From an uncultured Gammaproteobacteria bacterium (GTDB lineage: Bacteria > Patescibacteriota > Patescibacteriia > UBA1558 > S5-K13), in contig CAZXFD010000004.1 of NCBI GenBank assembly GCA_964640635.1, positions 9,262-73,261 of the forward strand: DNA of 64,000 nt. The letters run 5' to 3'. Positions 1-10,088 of this stretch are shown here, piece by piece. Positions within the stretch are counted from its first letter, which is position 1. Every line of letters begins with the position of its first letter. The notes beneath the pieces were generated by a model that searched no databases, was not told where the DNA came from, and saw only the letters and a list, made by a program, of their open reading frames with translations. The position numbers and the translations under genes are program-made.

Positions 1-2
1 TT

Positions 3-1472
3 TCTCAGACAGAACCAAAGGCTATTTTTATCTCTAGTCAAAAGCTATTTGATAATTTTTCTACGATAGATGGCGGAATGATCTCTAAATTTGAAAAAAT
101 TATTATTATAAGTCGCGATATCAAAACAGATATAGAAGTGGATTATATAGATAATATTTTATTTAAAGATAGAAAAAACTCTAACACACCAGACCCTGTT
201 GATAGCGATGGTCTTTCAACAATTATTTATACGTCGGGTACAACGGGAATGCCAAAGGGGGCTATGCTTAGTAATGGTAATATAATCAGCGACATTAAAA
301 ATGTTTTAAAATATGATCCAATCTATAGCACGGATAGATTTTTTTCTATTTTGACATTGTCTCATGTATTGGAGCGCACAGCAGGACAAACAGTGCCTCT
401 TCTTGTGGGGGGGTCAATTTATTACAGTAGAAGTCCAAAAACTTTGATTGATGATATAAAACTTGCAAAGCCAACTATATTTATATGTGTCCCAAGAATT
501 TTTGAAAGAATCTTTGATAAGATTCAAGATAATTTGCGTAAAAGTTCTAAATTCAAAAGTCATTTGTTTTATTATGCCTTGAAAATGGAAAGCAGGTTAA
601 ACTCGCTTAGGAGATCTGGAAAAAAAGCGAGTGGTTTATTTTCTTTCATATGTATTGTTTTAAATAAATTTGTTTTTGGCAAGATAAGAAAGATTTTTGG
701 CGGAAATCTTAGAATGGCTATATCTGGTGGATCAAGCTTGGACAAGAGAATAGCGAGATTCTTTGAAGATGTGGGGATTAAAATAATAGAGGGATATGGC
801 CTTACTGAAACATCGCCAATTATTTCTGTAAACAAGTTAGATAATTATAAATTTGGAACAGTTGGAATAGTGCTAGAAAATTTGGAGATGAAAATACAAG
901 ATGATAAAGAAATTTTGGTAAGAGGAGACTCAGTGATGAGTGGATATTTCAAAGATGATGAGTCAACTGCTCTCGCAATAGATGGTGAAAAATGGTTTCA
1001 TACAGGAGATTTGGGATTTGTTGATAGAGATGGATTTCTAAATATCATTGGGAGAAAGAAAGAGTTGATAGTATTGTCTACTGGAAAGAAAGTTTTACCA
1101 GTAAATATTGAGCAGGCGCTTAATTATGATAAATATATTAATCAATCAATAGTGATTGGAAATAATGAGAAATTTTTGACAGCTTTGATAGTGCCTGATT
1201 TTGAAGAAGTAGAAAGATATTGTAGTGAAAATAATATTAGCGTAGATGATAAAAAAAGCTATTTGAATTTGGATAAAATAGAAAACTTTTATAGAAATAG
1301 AATTAATGAGTGTTTGAAGGGTTTTGCAGATTATGAACAAATAGTCTATTTCTATTTAGTAAATCGTCAATTTGACGAAGATCATGACGAGCTTTCTCCA
1401 ACATTGAAATTGAAAAGAGAAAAAATAAAAGAACATTTTAATAATATAATAAAGGAGTTTTATAAAAGATGA
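3..1472 (+). CDS. Long-chain acyl-CoA synthetase (AMP-forming), 5'-truncated by the window
   Basis: YTSGTTGMPKG, GYGLTETSP, WFHTGDLG and PTLKLKR adenylation motifs; frame open from nt 3, upstream of the ATG at 78. Confidence 0.9.
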   Translation, partial: SQTEPKAIFISSQKLFDNFSTIDGGMISKFEKIIIISRDIKTDIEVDYIDNILFKDRKNSNTPDPVDSDGLSTIIYTSGTTGMPKGAMLSNGNIISDIKNVLKYDPIYSTDRFFSILTLSHVLERTAGQTVPLLVGGSIYYSRSPKTLIDDIKLAKPTIFICVPRIFERIFDKIQDNLRKSSKFKSHLFYYALKMESRLNSLRRSGKKASGLFSFICIVLNKFVFGKIRKIFGGNLRMAISGGSSLDKRIARFFEDVGIKIIEGYGLTETSPIISVNKLDNYKFGTVGIVLENLEMKIQDDKEILVRGDSVMSGYFKDDESTALAIDGEKWFHTGDLGFVDRDGFLNIIGRKKELIVLSTGKKVLPVNIEQALNYDKYINQSIVIGNNEKFLTALIVPDFEEVERYCSENNISVDDKKSYLNLDKIENFYRNRINECLKGFADYEQIVYFYLVNRQFDEDHDELSPTLKLKREKIKEHFNNIIKEFYKR

Positions 1473-2059
1473 TTTATTGGATTTTAAAATATACTATAGG
1501 CACATTAATTAAATTTATTTGGATTAAAAGAGTTGATGGAGTTGAAAATATACCAAAGAAGGGCGCGTTTATAATTTGTGCAAATCATTCTAGTTATTTT
1601 GATTTTCTTACCCTGATAGCAGTTTGTCCAAGAAGAATCTATTTTTTAGCGGGAGAGGTGTTTTTTGAAAAATGGCAATGGAAATGGTTGGTTCAATCTA
1701 CAAAACAAATAAAGGTAGATAGAAGATCTAAAGATAAATCTGGATCTATTAATGCGGTAATAAAATATTTAGAACAGGGTTTAGTTGTTGGTATTTTTCC
1801 TGAGGGAACTAGATCTAGGGACGGGGAAATAGGAAAATTTTATGATGGAGCGGCAAGAATAGCTAAAATTGTGGATGTGCCGATTTTACCGGTTGGTATT
1901 ATTGGTTCTTTCGAAATAATGTCTAGATACGATAAATATCCTAAATTTAATAAAAAATGTATTTTAAATTTTGGGCAATTAATTATTACTAATTCCGATT
2001 TAAAGCCCTCAATTAATGAGCTTTTGATTACAAATATAAAATTATTAAACAAAGTATAA
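1469..2059 (+). CDS. plsC: 1-acyl-sn-glycerol-3-phosphate (lysophospholipid) acyltransferase
   Basis: NHSSYFD (HX4D) and FPEGTRS motifs; ATGA overlap with the ligase. Confidence 0.85.
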   Translation: MIYWILKYTIGTLIKFIWIKRVDGVENIPKKGAFIICANHSSYFDFLTLIAVCPRRIYFLAGEVFFEKWQWKWLVQSTKQIKVDRRSKDKSGSINAVIKYLEQGLVVGIFPEGTRSRDGEIGKFYDGAARIAKIVDVPILPVGIIGSFEIMSRYDKYPKFNKKCILNFGQLIITNSDLKPSINELLITNIKLLNKV

Positions 2060-2071
2060 TATAGAACCCCA

Positions 2072-2728
2072 ATGAATTATTTAGTTTTTTTGGATTTAGA
2101 TGATACTTTAATTAGAGGTCAATCCCAGATATTATTGATGAATTATTTATTTCAAAAAAAGAAAGTTAGTGTTTATTTTTATTTAGTCGTTTTGAGTTGG
2201 TTTTTTCTTTATAAAATGAGAATTGTTAGAGATGTTCAAAAAATTAGCAATATATTTTTTAATATTTGTAATGGTTGGAATGTAGAATATATGAATGGAA
2301 TATTGCAAGATTTTTTTGAAACATGTTTACGAAGCAGGATACGAGAAGATTTTTTAGAAATAATAAAATTTCATAAATCATCTGGAGGTAAAATTATACT
2401 ATTAACAGCATCTATTGATCCATTAGCTAAAATTATAAAAAACTATTTAAAATTAGATTTCTGTATTGCTACTCAATTAGATTGTAAAGATAATATTTAC
2501 TCTGGTAAACTAAGAGACAAAATAATTTATGGAATTCAAAAAAGAATAAGTATATTGAGTTATGTAAATAATAACAAATCTCTTTTAAAGGGTAGTTTTG
2601 CATATACCGACCATATTTCTGATTTTATTTTTCTTAATTTAATAGATAATGTATTTATAGTTAATCCAAAAAAGTATTTTAAAAAAATCATTAAATATAA
2701 CAATTGGAATAAAATTTTTATGAATTAA
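2072..2728 (+). CDS. HAD-IB family hydrolase (SerB-like)
   Basis: DLDDTL motif I, LTAS motif II, YTDHISD motif IV, VNP. Confidence 0.85.
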   Translation: MNYLVFLDLDDTLIRGQSQILLMNYLFQKKKVSVYFYLVVLSWFFLYKMRIVRDVQKISNIFFNICNGWNVEYMNGILQDFFETCLRSRIREDFLEIIKFHKSSGGKIILLTASIDPLAKIIKNYLKLDFCIATQLDCKDNIYSGKLRDKIIYGIQKRISILSYVNNNKSLLKGSFAYTDHISDFIFLNLIDNVFIVNPKKYFKKIIKYNNWNKIFMN

Positions 2729-2732
2729 AACT

Positions 2733-5489
2733 ATGTCTTTTTTTGGTCTTTCATCATTGTTAACCTCCATACTGTCTATTCTGATAGGATTTTTTGTGAT
2801 ATTAAGAAATAAAAAATCATTATTAAATGTAGCATGGTTTCTTGTTAGTATTACAACGGCTTTATGGTCTTTTGGGTTATTTGGGGTTGTTACTTTTCAA
2901 AATATTAAGATAGCTTTATTTTTTCAATATATTTTAGATTCTAGTGCGATATTTATTCCAATTTTCTTTTTTTTGTTCGTTTTGATTTTATTGGATATTT
3001 TTAGAGGCAAAAATAAAACAATATTTAATAGTTTTTTATTTTTTGGAATTATTTTATTAATATTAAGTTTTACAGATTTATTTAAAGGTGGCGTTTCTCC
3101 TAAATTTGGTTTTAAGCACTGGATTGATCCTGGTCCAATCTATATAATTTTTCCAATCTTTTTCGGCGTATTGGTTTCAATGTCTGTTTTGAATATTTTA
3201 AAAAGATATAAACAATTAAATGGTGCAAAAAAACAACAAGCTCTATATGTTTTATTAACTGCTATAATAGGTTTTGGGGGGGGTGTTACAAATTTCTTTC
3301 CTCAATTACTCAATACGTATCCATTCGGTTCTTTTTTTACAATGTTTTATATTCTTGGTATTGGTTATGCCATAGCTCGTTATCGTCTTATGGATATTCG
3401 TCTTGTTATTTCAAAAAGTATATTGTATTTTGCTTTGATTGGATTAGTTACCCTAGCTTTTACATCAATAACATTTATCACAGGCCAAGTGTTTACGGGG
3501 GAGGGGGTTTCAAATACTTTAGTCACTTTGTTTATTTCTTTGATTATAGTTTTTGGATTTGATCCCCTTAAACGTCTTCTTGCACGACTTACCGATAAAG
3601 TTTTTTATAAAGACAAGATAGACTATCAAGAAGTCCTTAGGACTCTTGGGCTTATTATTGCTAGAGAAATTGAATTAAAGAAATTGTTTTTGGATATGTC
3701 CGAGTCTCTGGAGAAATTTCTAAAATGCAAAAGCGTCAATTTTTTATACAAAAATAAGACAACAGGAATATTTCGTGCTATTGTAGATGAAAAAATTGCA
3801 ATCGCTTCAAACGATGAAATTATTAATTATATATTTACAAATAGAGAAATAATAATTACGGAAGAGCTGGATAGAAAAAGCAAGGAATTGAGTGATGAAG
3901 AAAAAACAAAAATTGCAAAAATAGTCGAAAGATTAGATAAGATGAAAATAGGCCTTATCGCTCCTATTATCTCTGGCAATGAAATAACGGCAATACTAAC
4001 TATCGATAAAAAATTATCAGGAGATACTTTTTCAGGAGAAGATATAAATCTTATTTCAGTTCTTATTCCTCAGATAGCAACAGCCCTTGAGAAATCACGT
4101 CTTTATAATGAAATTCAAACATTTAATATAAATTTACAAGCAAAAATAGAACAGGCTACAAAAGAATTAAAGCAGGTAAATATTGATTTAGAAATAAGAA
4201 ATAAATATCTTACATCACTGCAAAAAATTAGTAGCACTATAACGCGAAGTTTGAATTTTGAAGAAGTGGTATCTTTTATTGCTACAAGTATAAAAAAAGA
4301 AATGGGTTTTTGTGCTGGAGTTGTAAATTTCGTAGATGATAAGTCGAGGGTAATGTATATAGGCGCAATGACGCAAGATGACGGAATAGATAAAATTATT
4401 TCTTCTTTACCAAAAAAACCACGTGAATATAGAGTCTCATATGACGATAGCGATAATATTGCCATACGTGCAATGCAAACTTCAAATTTAGAAAAAAGTA
4501 ATTTTGTATATGATGTTTTTAAACCAGCCATAACAAAAACTCAGGCAGATCAGTTGCAAAATGCACTCAAAATAAAATCAGTCGTTGTCGTGCCAATGTA
4601 TAGTGAGAATAAAATAATTGGGTCTATTGATTTCTTTTTGTGTGTAGAGAGTGAGAAAATTAAACAAGCAGATATGGAAGTCATGAAGGCTCTCACGGAT
4701 CAAACTGGATTAGTAATAAAAAATCTTCATCTGTATTCAGAAATTTCTTCCAAAAATATAGAACTAGAAAGTGCAAATGAGAATTTAAAACAATTGGATC
4801 AAGCAAAATCAGAATTTTTATCCATTGCCTCACATCAACTTAGAACACCACTTACAGGAATAAAGGGATATTTATCAATGCTTGTAGAGGGAGATTATGG
4901 AAAAATACCAAAGAAAATAGAAGATATTATAAAACAAGTTTTTGAAGCAAGTAATAGAATGGCAAGACTTGTTGATGTATTTTTGAACGTTTCAAGGATA
5001 GAGGCGGGGAAATTAAAACTAGAATTAAATGGGTTTGATCTTGGCGAACTTGTTTTGAGGTCTGTCAAAGATTTGGAAATTACTGCAAATGAACGAGGAC
5101 TTAAGCTTTCTTTTGAAAAAATGGATAACGTTTATATTGTAAAAGCAGATTCCGATAAAATAAAAGATGTTTTACTAAACCTAATAGATAATGCAATAAA
5201 ATATACAAAAAAAGGTAGTATTAATGTAAAGCTATCCAAAAAAGATTCGCAGGCACTTGTTGAAGTAAGTGATACAGGAGTTGGCCTCGCAGAGGAAGAT
5301 ATTGATAAATTATTTAATAAATTTTCAAGAGGAGAGGATAGCTCAAAAATAAATACCGGTGGATCTGGACTTGGCCTTTATGTAGCAAAAAAAGTTATTG
5401 ATGCACACGGTGGAAAAATTTGGGTTGAAAGTCTTGGAAAAGAAAAGGGTAGTAAATTTAGCTTTACCTTACCACTTAGTGATGTTTAA
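2733..5489 (+). CDS. Sensor histidine kinase: N-terminal 7TM (HisKA_7TM-like) domain, two GAF-like regions, HisKA, HATPase
   Basis: Hydrophobic N-terminus; ASHQLRTPL H-box, NLIDNAIKY, DTGVG and GSGLGL boxes. Confidence 0.9.
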   Translation: MSFFGLSSLLTSILSILIGFFVILRNKKSLLNVAWFLVSITTALWSFGLFGVVTFQNIKIALFFQYILDSSAIFIPIFFFLFVLILLDIFRGKNKTIFNSFLFFGIILLILSFTDLFKGGVSPKFGFKHWIDPGPIYIIFPIFFGVLVSMSVLNILKRYKQLNGAKKQQALYVLLTAIIGFGGGVTNFFPQLLNTYPFGSFFTMFYILGIGYAIARYRLMDIRLVISKSILYFALIGLVTLAFTSITFITGQVFTGEGVSNTLVTLFISLIIVFGFDPLKRLLARLTDKVFYKDKIDYQEVLRTLGLIIAREIELKKLFLDMSESLEKFLKCKSVNFLYKNKTTGIFRAIVDEKIAIASNDEIINYIFTNREIIITEELDRKSKELSDEEKTKIAKIVERLDKMKIGLIAPIISGNEITAILTIDKKLSGDTFSGEDINLISVLIPQIATALEKSRLYNEIQTFNINLQAKIEQATKELKQVNIDLEIRNKYLTSLQKISSTITRSLNFEEVVSFIATSIKKEMGFCAGVVNFVDDKSRVMYIGAMTQDDGIDKIISSLPKKPREYRVSYDDSDNIAIRAMQTSNLEKSNFVYDVFKPAITKTQADQLQNALKIKSVVVVPMYSENKIIGSIDFFLCVESEKIKQADMEVMKALTDQTGLVIKNLHLYSEISSKNIELESANENLKQLDQAKSEFLSIASHQLRTPLTGIKGYLSMLVEGDYGKIPKKIEDIIKQVFEASNRMARLVDVFLNVSRIEAGKLKLELNGFDLGELVLRSVKDLEITANERGLKLSFEKMDNVYIVKADSDKIKDVLLNLIDNAIKYTKKGSINVKLSKKDSQALVEVSDTGVGLAEEDIDKLFNKFSRGEDSSKINTGGSGLGLYVAKKVIDAHGGKIWVESLGKEKGSKFSFTLPLSDV

Positions 5490-5494
5490 TTAAA

Positions 5495-5947
5495 ATGTAT
5501 ATAATATATAGACAAAAACAACTTAGCAGTTATAAAATATTAATTTCTTATTTGATACTTGTTTTAGCATCTATTTTGGTTTTATTTTATTATGATATAT
5601 CAAATTTATTAAAAATATTTGTCGTAATCATACTATTGTTGAATTGTTCGATGATATTTTTCTTTTCAAGAATAGAATTTAGAATAACAAGCGATGGTCT
5701 TGAGTTGGGTTTTAGATTTTTTAAGATAAAAATAAAACAAAGCGAAGTTCAATCCGTCTCCATAGAGGATTCACAAGATCTATACAAAGGCCTTGGTATT
5801 AAAAGAAATAAAGATGGAGTTTTGTGTTTTGTGGGAAAAGCAAGTGAGGGAATTTTGATAAATACGAAATTTAAGGAAAGTTTTTTTGTATCATTAAATA
5901 ATTCCAAGGAGGCATTAGAAAATTTAATAAAAAATCATTATGTATAA
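5495..5947 (+). CDS. Hypothetical membrane protein (2 TM plus PH-like beta region)
   Basis: Two hydrophobic helices then a soluble domain; sits in the operon. Confidence 0.6.
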   Translation: MYIIYRQKQLSSYKILISYLILVLASILVLFYYDISNLLKIFVVIILLLNCSMIFFFSRIEFRITSDGLELGFRFFKIKIKQSEVQSVSIEDSQDLYKGLGIKRNKDGVLCFVGKASEGILINTKFKESFFVSLNNSKEALENLIKNHYV

Positions 5948-7115
5948 AATCATAGAAAATATTGGAGATATAAAAAACAAGAAAATTCTTTTGAAATTGG
6001 ATTTGAATTTATCAATAGACAAGAATGGAAAGATAGATCAAGATTCGACACTGAGAATAGAGTCTGTTATAAAAACTATAAAATTTTTATTAGCCAAAGG
6101 CGGGAAGATTGTCATAATATCTTATTTGGGTAGACCTAGTGGATTTGATAAAAAATATAAAATGGATGAGGTTGCAAAAATTCTCTCAGGATATGTTGGT
6201 AAAAAAATTAAAAAACTAAATAGTGCATTACCCAAGGATATAGAAAAAGATCTAGCACAAATGAAATCAAAAGATATTATAATGCTTGAAAACATAAGAT
6301 TTTATAGCGAAGAAGAAAAAAATGATATTGTATTTGCAAAAAATCTTGCAAAACTATTTGATGTTTATGTAAATGATTCTTTTTCAAATGCGCATCGTGC
6401 TCATATGTCATGTTCTGCTATAATGCAGTTTTTGCCTAGTTATGCAGGTTTTAGACTAGAAGAAGAGGTGTCTAGCTTGACTAGTGCAATGAAAAAGGGA
6501 AATGGTAAATTGCTTATATTGGGCGGTGCAAAAGTTGATACAAAGTTAGAATTGATAAAAAAATTAAGAAATTCTTATGATTATATATTACTAGGAGGAG
6601 TTCTAGCTAATACATTTTTAGCATCAAGAAAAATTAATATAGGAAAATCTATTTATGATGATAAGTTTTTAAAGCTTGCCAAAAAAATTGATTCAAAAAA
6701 GATTATTCTTCCAGTCGATGTTATAACTGCAAAAAAAATTGATTCTAGTAAAACACAGATTAAGGATATTGCAGACGTAGATAGTGATGATATGATTTTG
6801 GATATTGGACCAAAGAGTGTAGAGTTTTTTGGAAAATATATAAAAAAATCAAAAATGATTTTGTGGAATGGCCCTATGGGATATTTTGAAAATAAAAAGT
6901 TTCAAAAGGGAACGATAGATTTATTGTTGTCTATGAAGAGATATAAGAGTATTGTTTATACGGGTGGTGGAGAAACGGTTACTATGATAAAAAAATTAAA
7001 ATTAGAAAAAGTATTTAAGTTTATTTCAACTGGTGGTGGAGCGATGTTGGAGTTTTTATCAGGATTAAAAATGCCGGCTATAGAAGCGTTGAAGAAAAAT
7101 AAAAATAATAATTAA
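5940..7115 (+). CDS. pgk: Phosphoglycerate kinase
   Basis: LENIRF, AHRAH, GGAKV, WNGPMG, STGGGA motifs. Confidence 0.95.
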   Translation: MYKIIENIGDIKNKKILLKLDLNLSIDKNGKIDQDSTLRIESVIKTIKFLLAKGGKIVIISYLGRPSGFDKKYKMDEVAKILSGYVGKKIKKLNSALPKDIEKDLAQMKSKDIIMLENIRFYSEEEKNDIVFAKNLAKLFDVYVNDSFSNAHRAHMSCSAIMQFLPSYAGFRLEEEVSSLTSAMKKGNGKLLILGGAKVDTKLELIKKLRNSYDYILLGGVLANTFLASRKINIGKSIYDDKFLKLAKKIDSKKIILPVDVITAKKIDSSKTQIKDIADVDSDDMILDIGPKSVEFFGKYIKKSKMILWNGPMGYFENKKFQKGTIDLLLSMKRYKSIVYTGGGETVTMIKKLKLEKVFKFISTGGGAMLEFLSGLKMPAIEALKKNKNNN

Positions 7116-7124
7116 AATAATAAT

Positions 7125-8384
7125 ATGAAAATAGATAAAATCATTGCAAGGGAAATATTAGATTCTCGTGGGAATCCCACTATTAGCACGACTATATTTT
7201 TGGATAATGGAAAATATTATTTTGCATCAGTTCCCTCAGGTGCATCAACCGGATCATCGGAAGCATATGAACTTAGAGATAGGGATATGAATAGATATGG
7301 TGGAATGGGTGTTTTAAAAGCTGTAAATAGTGTTAATAAAGATATTAATAATCTTTTAATAGGGAAAGATATAGAAAATATTATTGAGTTAGATAAGCAA
7401 ATGATAGAGCTTGACGGTAGTGAGAATAAAATGAATCTAGGAGCAAATGCAATATTATCAGTATCTCTTGCTTTAAATAGGGCATGTGCAGATTATATGA
7501 ATATGCCACTTTATAAATTTATAAATGAGTATTATAAATTTATAAAAAAACCACAATTACCAACTCCACTTGTTAATGTTATAAATGGTGGTAAACATGC
7601 TGATAGTAATTTAGATTTTCAAGAATTTTGGATAGTTCCAGATAAAGTAAGTCAGAGTTTCAAAGAAAAACTGCGAGCATGCTCAGAAGTATTCCATGCC
7701 CTTGGAGAAATTTTGTCTTCCAATGATCTTGATACAGATGTTGGTAATGAAGGTGGCTATTCTCCAGATTTTGAGAAAACAGAAAATGCTTGGGATTTCA
7801 TACAAGAAGCAATAAAAAAATCAGACTATGAAAATAAATTTTATCTTGGACTTGATGCAGGTTCTTCAACTTTTTTTAATAATAATTCTGGTAAATATTT
7901 TATAAAACTTGAAAATTTAGAACTCACAAAAGTAGAATTGTTGAATTATTATATGGATTGGATAAAAAAATATCCTATAAAATATTTTGAAGATCCATTT
8001 GCAGAAGAAGATTGGAATTCATGGAAAGATTTTTACAATATTTTAAGTAAAATTCAAGGAGACGCTGTTTTGATTGGAGATGATTTGTTTACAACTAATG
8101 TAAATAGATTACAGCGTGGAGTAGAACTTCAATGTGCAAATGCGATACTTATAAAACCAAATCAAATAGGAACGATTAGTGAAACAACAAATTGTATAAA
8201 ATTAGCTCAAGAAAATAATTTTAAAGTGGCCGTTTCTCATAGAAGTGGAGAAACCTGCGATGATTTTATTGCGGATTTATCAGTTGCTGTATCTAGCGAT
8301 TATATAAAAACAGGATCAATATCAAGAGGAGAAAGAATCTCTAAGTACAATAGATTATTGGCGATAGAAGAAGAGTTACTTTAA
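7125..8384 (+). CDS. eno: Enolase
   Basis: DSRGNPT, VPSGASTG, IKPNQIGT, SHRSGET motifs. Confidence 0.97.
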   Translation: MKIDKIIAREILDSRGNPTISTTIFLDNGKYYFASVPSGASTGSSEAYELRDRDMNRYGGMGVLKAVNSVNKDINNLLIGKDIENIIELDKQMIELDGSENKMNLGANAILSVSLALNRACADYMNMPLYKFINEYYKFIKKPQLPTPLVNVINGGKHADSNLDFQEFWIVPDKVSQSFKEKLRACSEVFHALGEILSSNDLDTDVGNEGGYSPDFEKTENAWDFIQEAIKKSDYENKFYLGLDAGSSTFFNNNSGKYFIKLENLELTKVELLNYYMDWIKKYPIKYFEDPFAEEDWNSWKDFYNILSKIQGDAVLIGDDLFTTNVNRLQRGVELQCANAILIKPNQIGTISETTNCIKLAQENNFKVAVSHRSGETCDDFIADLSVAVSSDYIKTGSISRGERISKYNRLLAIEEELL

Positions 8385-8507
8385 TTTCAAAGGACAAATT
8401 TCTAATGTCAAAATGAAGAATTATTATAATTTCTCAATCAAGAGCCGATCCGTCTCTGACGGAAAAGGACAAATGTCAAATTTTAAATGATGAATACAAA
8501 TTTCAAA
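8385..8507. repeat. Degenerate 7-nt periodic tract with embedded 6-3-6 palindrome
   Basis: tttcaaa-ggacaaa-tttctaa-tgtcaaa, then tccgtc-tct-gacgga (8449-8463), then ggacaaa-tgtcaaa-ttttaaa. Confidence 0.6.
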
Positions 8508-10088
8508 ATAATGGATAAAAAATTTATGGTAAAGAATAAAACAAAAAAGTGTATATTACTTATTTTAGATGGCTGGGGTATTGCAAAGCCGTCACGTGGC
8601 AATGCCATTACTCTTGCAAAGACACCTACGTATAATATGATAATCAAAAAATATCAAAACTCTAAATTGATTGCGCACGGGATAAAGGTTGGTCTTCCAA
8701 AAAATCAAACAGGAAATTCTGAAGCAGGACATATGAATATTGGTGCAGGAAGAATTGTTTTACAAGACGATATTTACATAACAGAAGCAATCAATAACAA
8801 AACCTTTTTTAAGAATCCAGCCTTCTTAGAAGCAATAAATAATGTGCATAAGCATAAATCAAATATTCATTTGATAGGACTTTTAAGTGGAGATCAAAGT
8901 GCTCACGTAGATCCAGTTCATTTACAGGCTCTTTTAGAGCTCTTGAGACGACAAAAGATAAAAGATATATATTTGCATTTATTTACAGATGGGCGTGATT
9001 CATCGCCACGTGTAGGAATGAGGTATTTGAAAGAATTGAAAAGTAGTTTTAAAAATGGAGAAAAAATAGCTACAATCACTGGAAGATTTTATGCTATGGA
9101 TAGAAATAAAAATTGGGAAAAAACAGAGTTAGCTTATAATGCAATGGTTCATGGAGAAGGAAAAAAAGTTGATTCAGCAGAGGAGGCAATCATTCAAGCA
9201 TATAATAGAGGAGAGAGTGATGAATTTATTTTGCCAACAGTTATTATGTCAAATGGTAGGCCAATTGTAAAAATAAAAAATAATGATTCTATAATATTTT
9301 TTAATCTTAGATCAGATAGAGCAAGACAGCTTACAAAACTTTTTGTTCAAAACAATGTTTGTGATATGAATAATAGATGCAAAATTAATGCTTTGAAATT
9401 TAAAAATTTGAAATTTGTTTCAATGACAGACTTTGGTCCAGATCTTGATAAAATTTTAACTGCATTTCCATCAAGAGACATAGAAAGCACACTCCCTATG
9501 CAACTTAATGATTTGAGACAACTATATTTATCAGAGAGTGAAAAATATGCTCATGTTACATATTTTTTTAATGGTGGTTATAAGGATCCGGTTGATGGAG
9601 AGGTAAGAGAAATGATTCCGTCTCCACTTGTCGATTCTTACGCAGAAGCACCTCAGATGAGCGCAGAACATGTTTGTGATAGACTACTTGAATGTTTAAA
9701 TAAAGATTTATTTGATTTTTATGTTGTTAATTTTGCAAATCCAGACATGGTGGGTCATACTGGAGATTTGAATGCCGGAATAAAATCTGTGGAGGCGGTA
9801 GATAAATGTCTTTCTAGAATATATGATGTTTTTGAAAAAAAAGAGGATATTTGTATTCTTATAACGGCTGATCATGGTAATGTAGAAGAAATGATAAACT
9901 TAAAGACAGGAGAGGTTGACACAAAGCATTCTTGTAACAAAGTTCCCTTTATTATTATTGATAAAAAATTAAAAAATATAAAATTAAAAGATGGTATTTT
10001 GGCAGATGTTGCACCCACAATTTTGGATATTTTAAATATCAAAAAACCAGCTATTATGACTGGCAAATCTTTAATTTATGGAAAATAA
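8487..10088 (+). CDS. gpmI: 2,3-bisphosphoglycerate-independent phosphoglycerate mutase (true start may be a few codons downstream)
   Basis: ILDGWG, GNSEAGH, DGRD, GRFYAMDR, NPDMVGH, TADHGN motifs. Confidence 0.96.
   Translation: MMNTNFKIMDKKFMVKNKTKKCILLILDGWGIAKPSRGNAITLAKTPTYNMIIKKYQNSKLIAHGIKVGLPKNQTGNSEAGHMNIGAGRIVLQDDIYITEAINNKTFFKNPAFLEAINNVHKHKSNIHLIGLLSGDQSAHVDPVHLQALLELLRRQKIKDIYLHLFTDGRDSSPRVGMRYLKELKSSFKNGEKIATITGRFYAMDRNKNWEKTELAYNAMVHGEGKKVDSAEEAIIQAYNRGESDEFILPTVIMSNGRPIVKIKNNDSIIFFNLRSDRARQLTKLFVQNNVCDMNNRCKINALKFKNLKFVSMTDFGPDLDKILTAFPSRDIESTLPMQLNDLRQLYLSESEKYAHVTYFFNGGYKDPVDGEVREMIPSPLVDSYAEAPQMSAEHVCDRLLECLNKDLFDFYVVNFANPDMVGHTGDLNAGIKSVEAVDKCLSRIYDVFEKKEDICILITADHGNVEEMINLKTGEVDTKHSCNKVPFIIIDKKLKNIKLKDGILADVAPTILDILNIKKPAIMTGKSLIYGK

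Noticed and set aside
3276-3283. G8 run in the kinase as a phase-variation tract
   Set aside because: In frame and encodes GGG; no evidence of variation from one sequence
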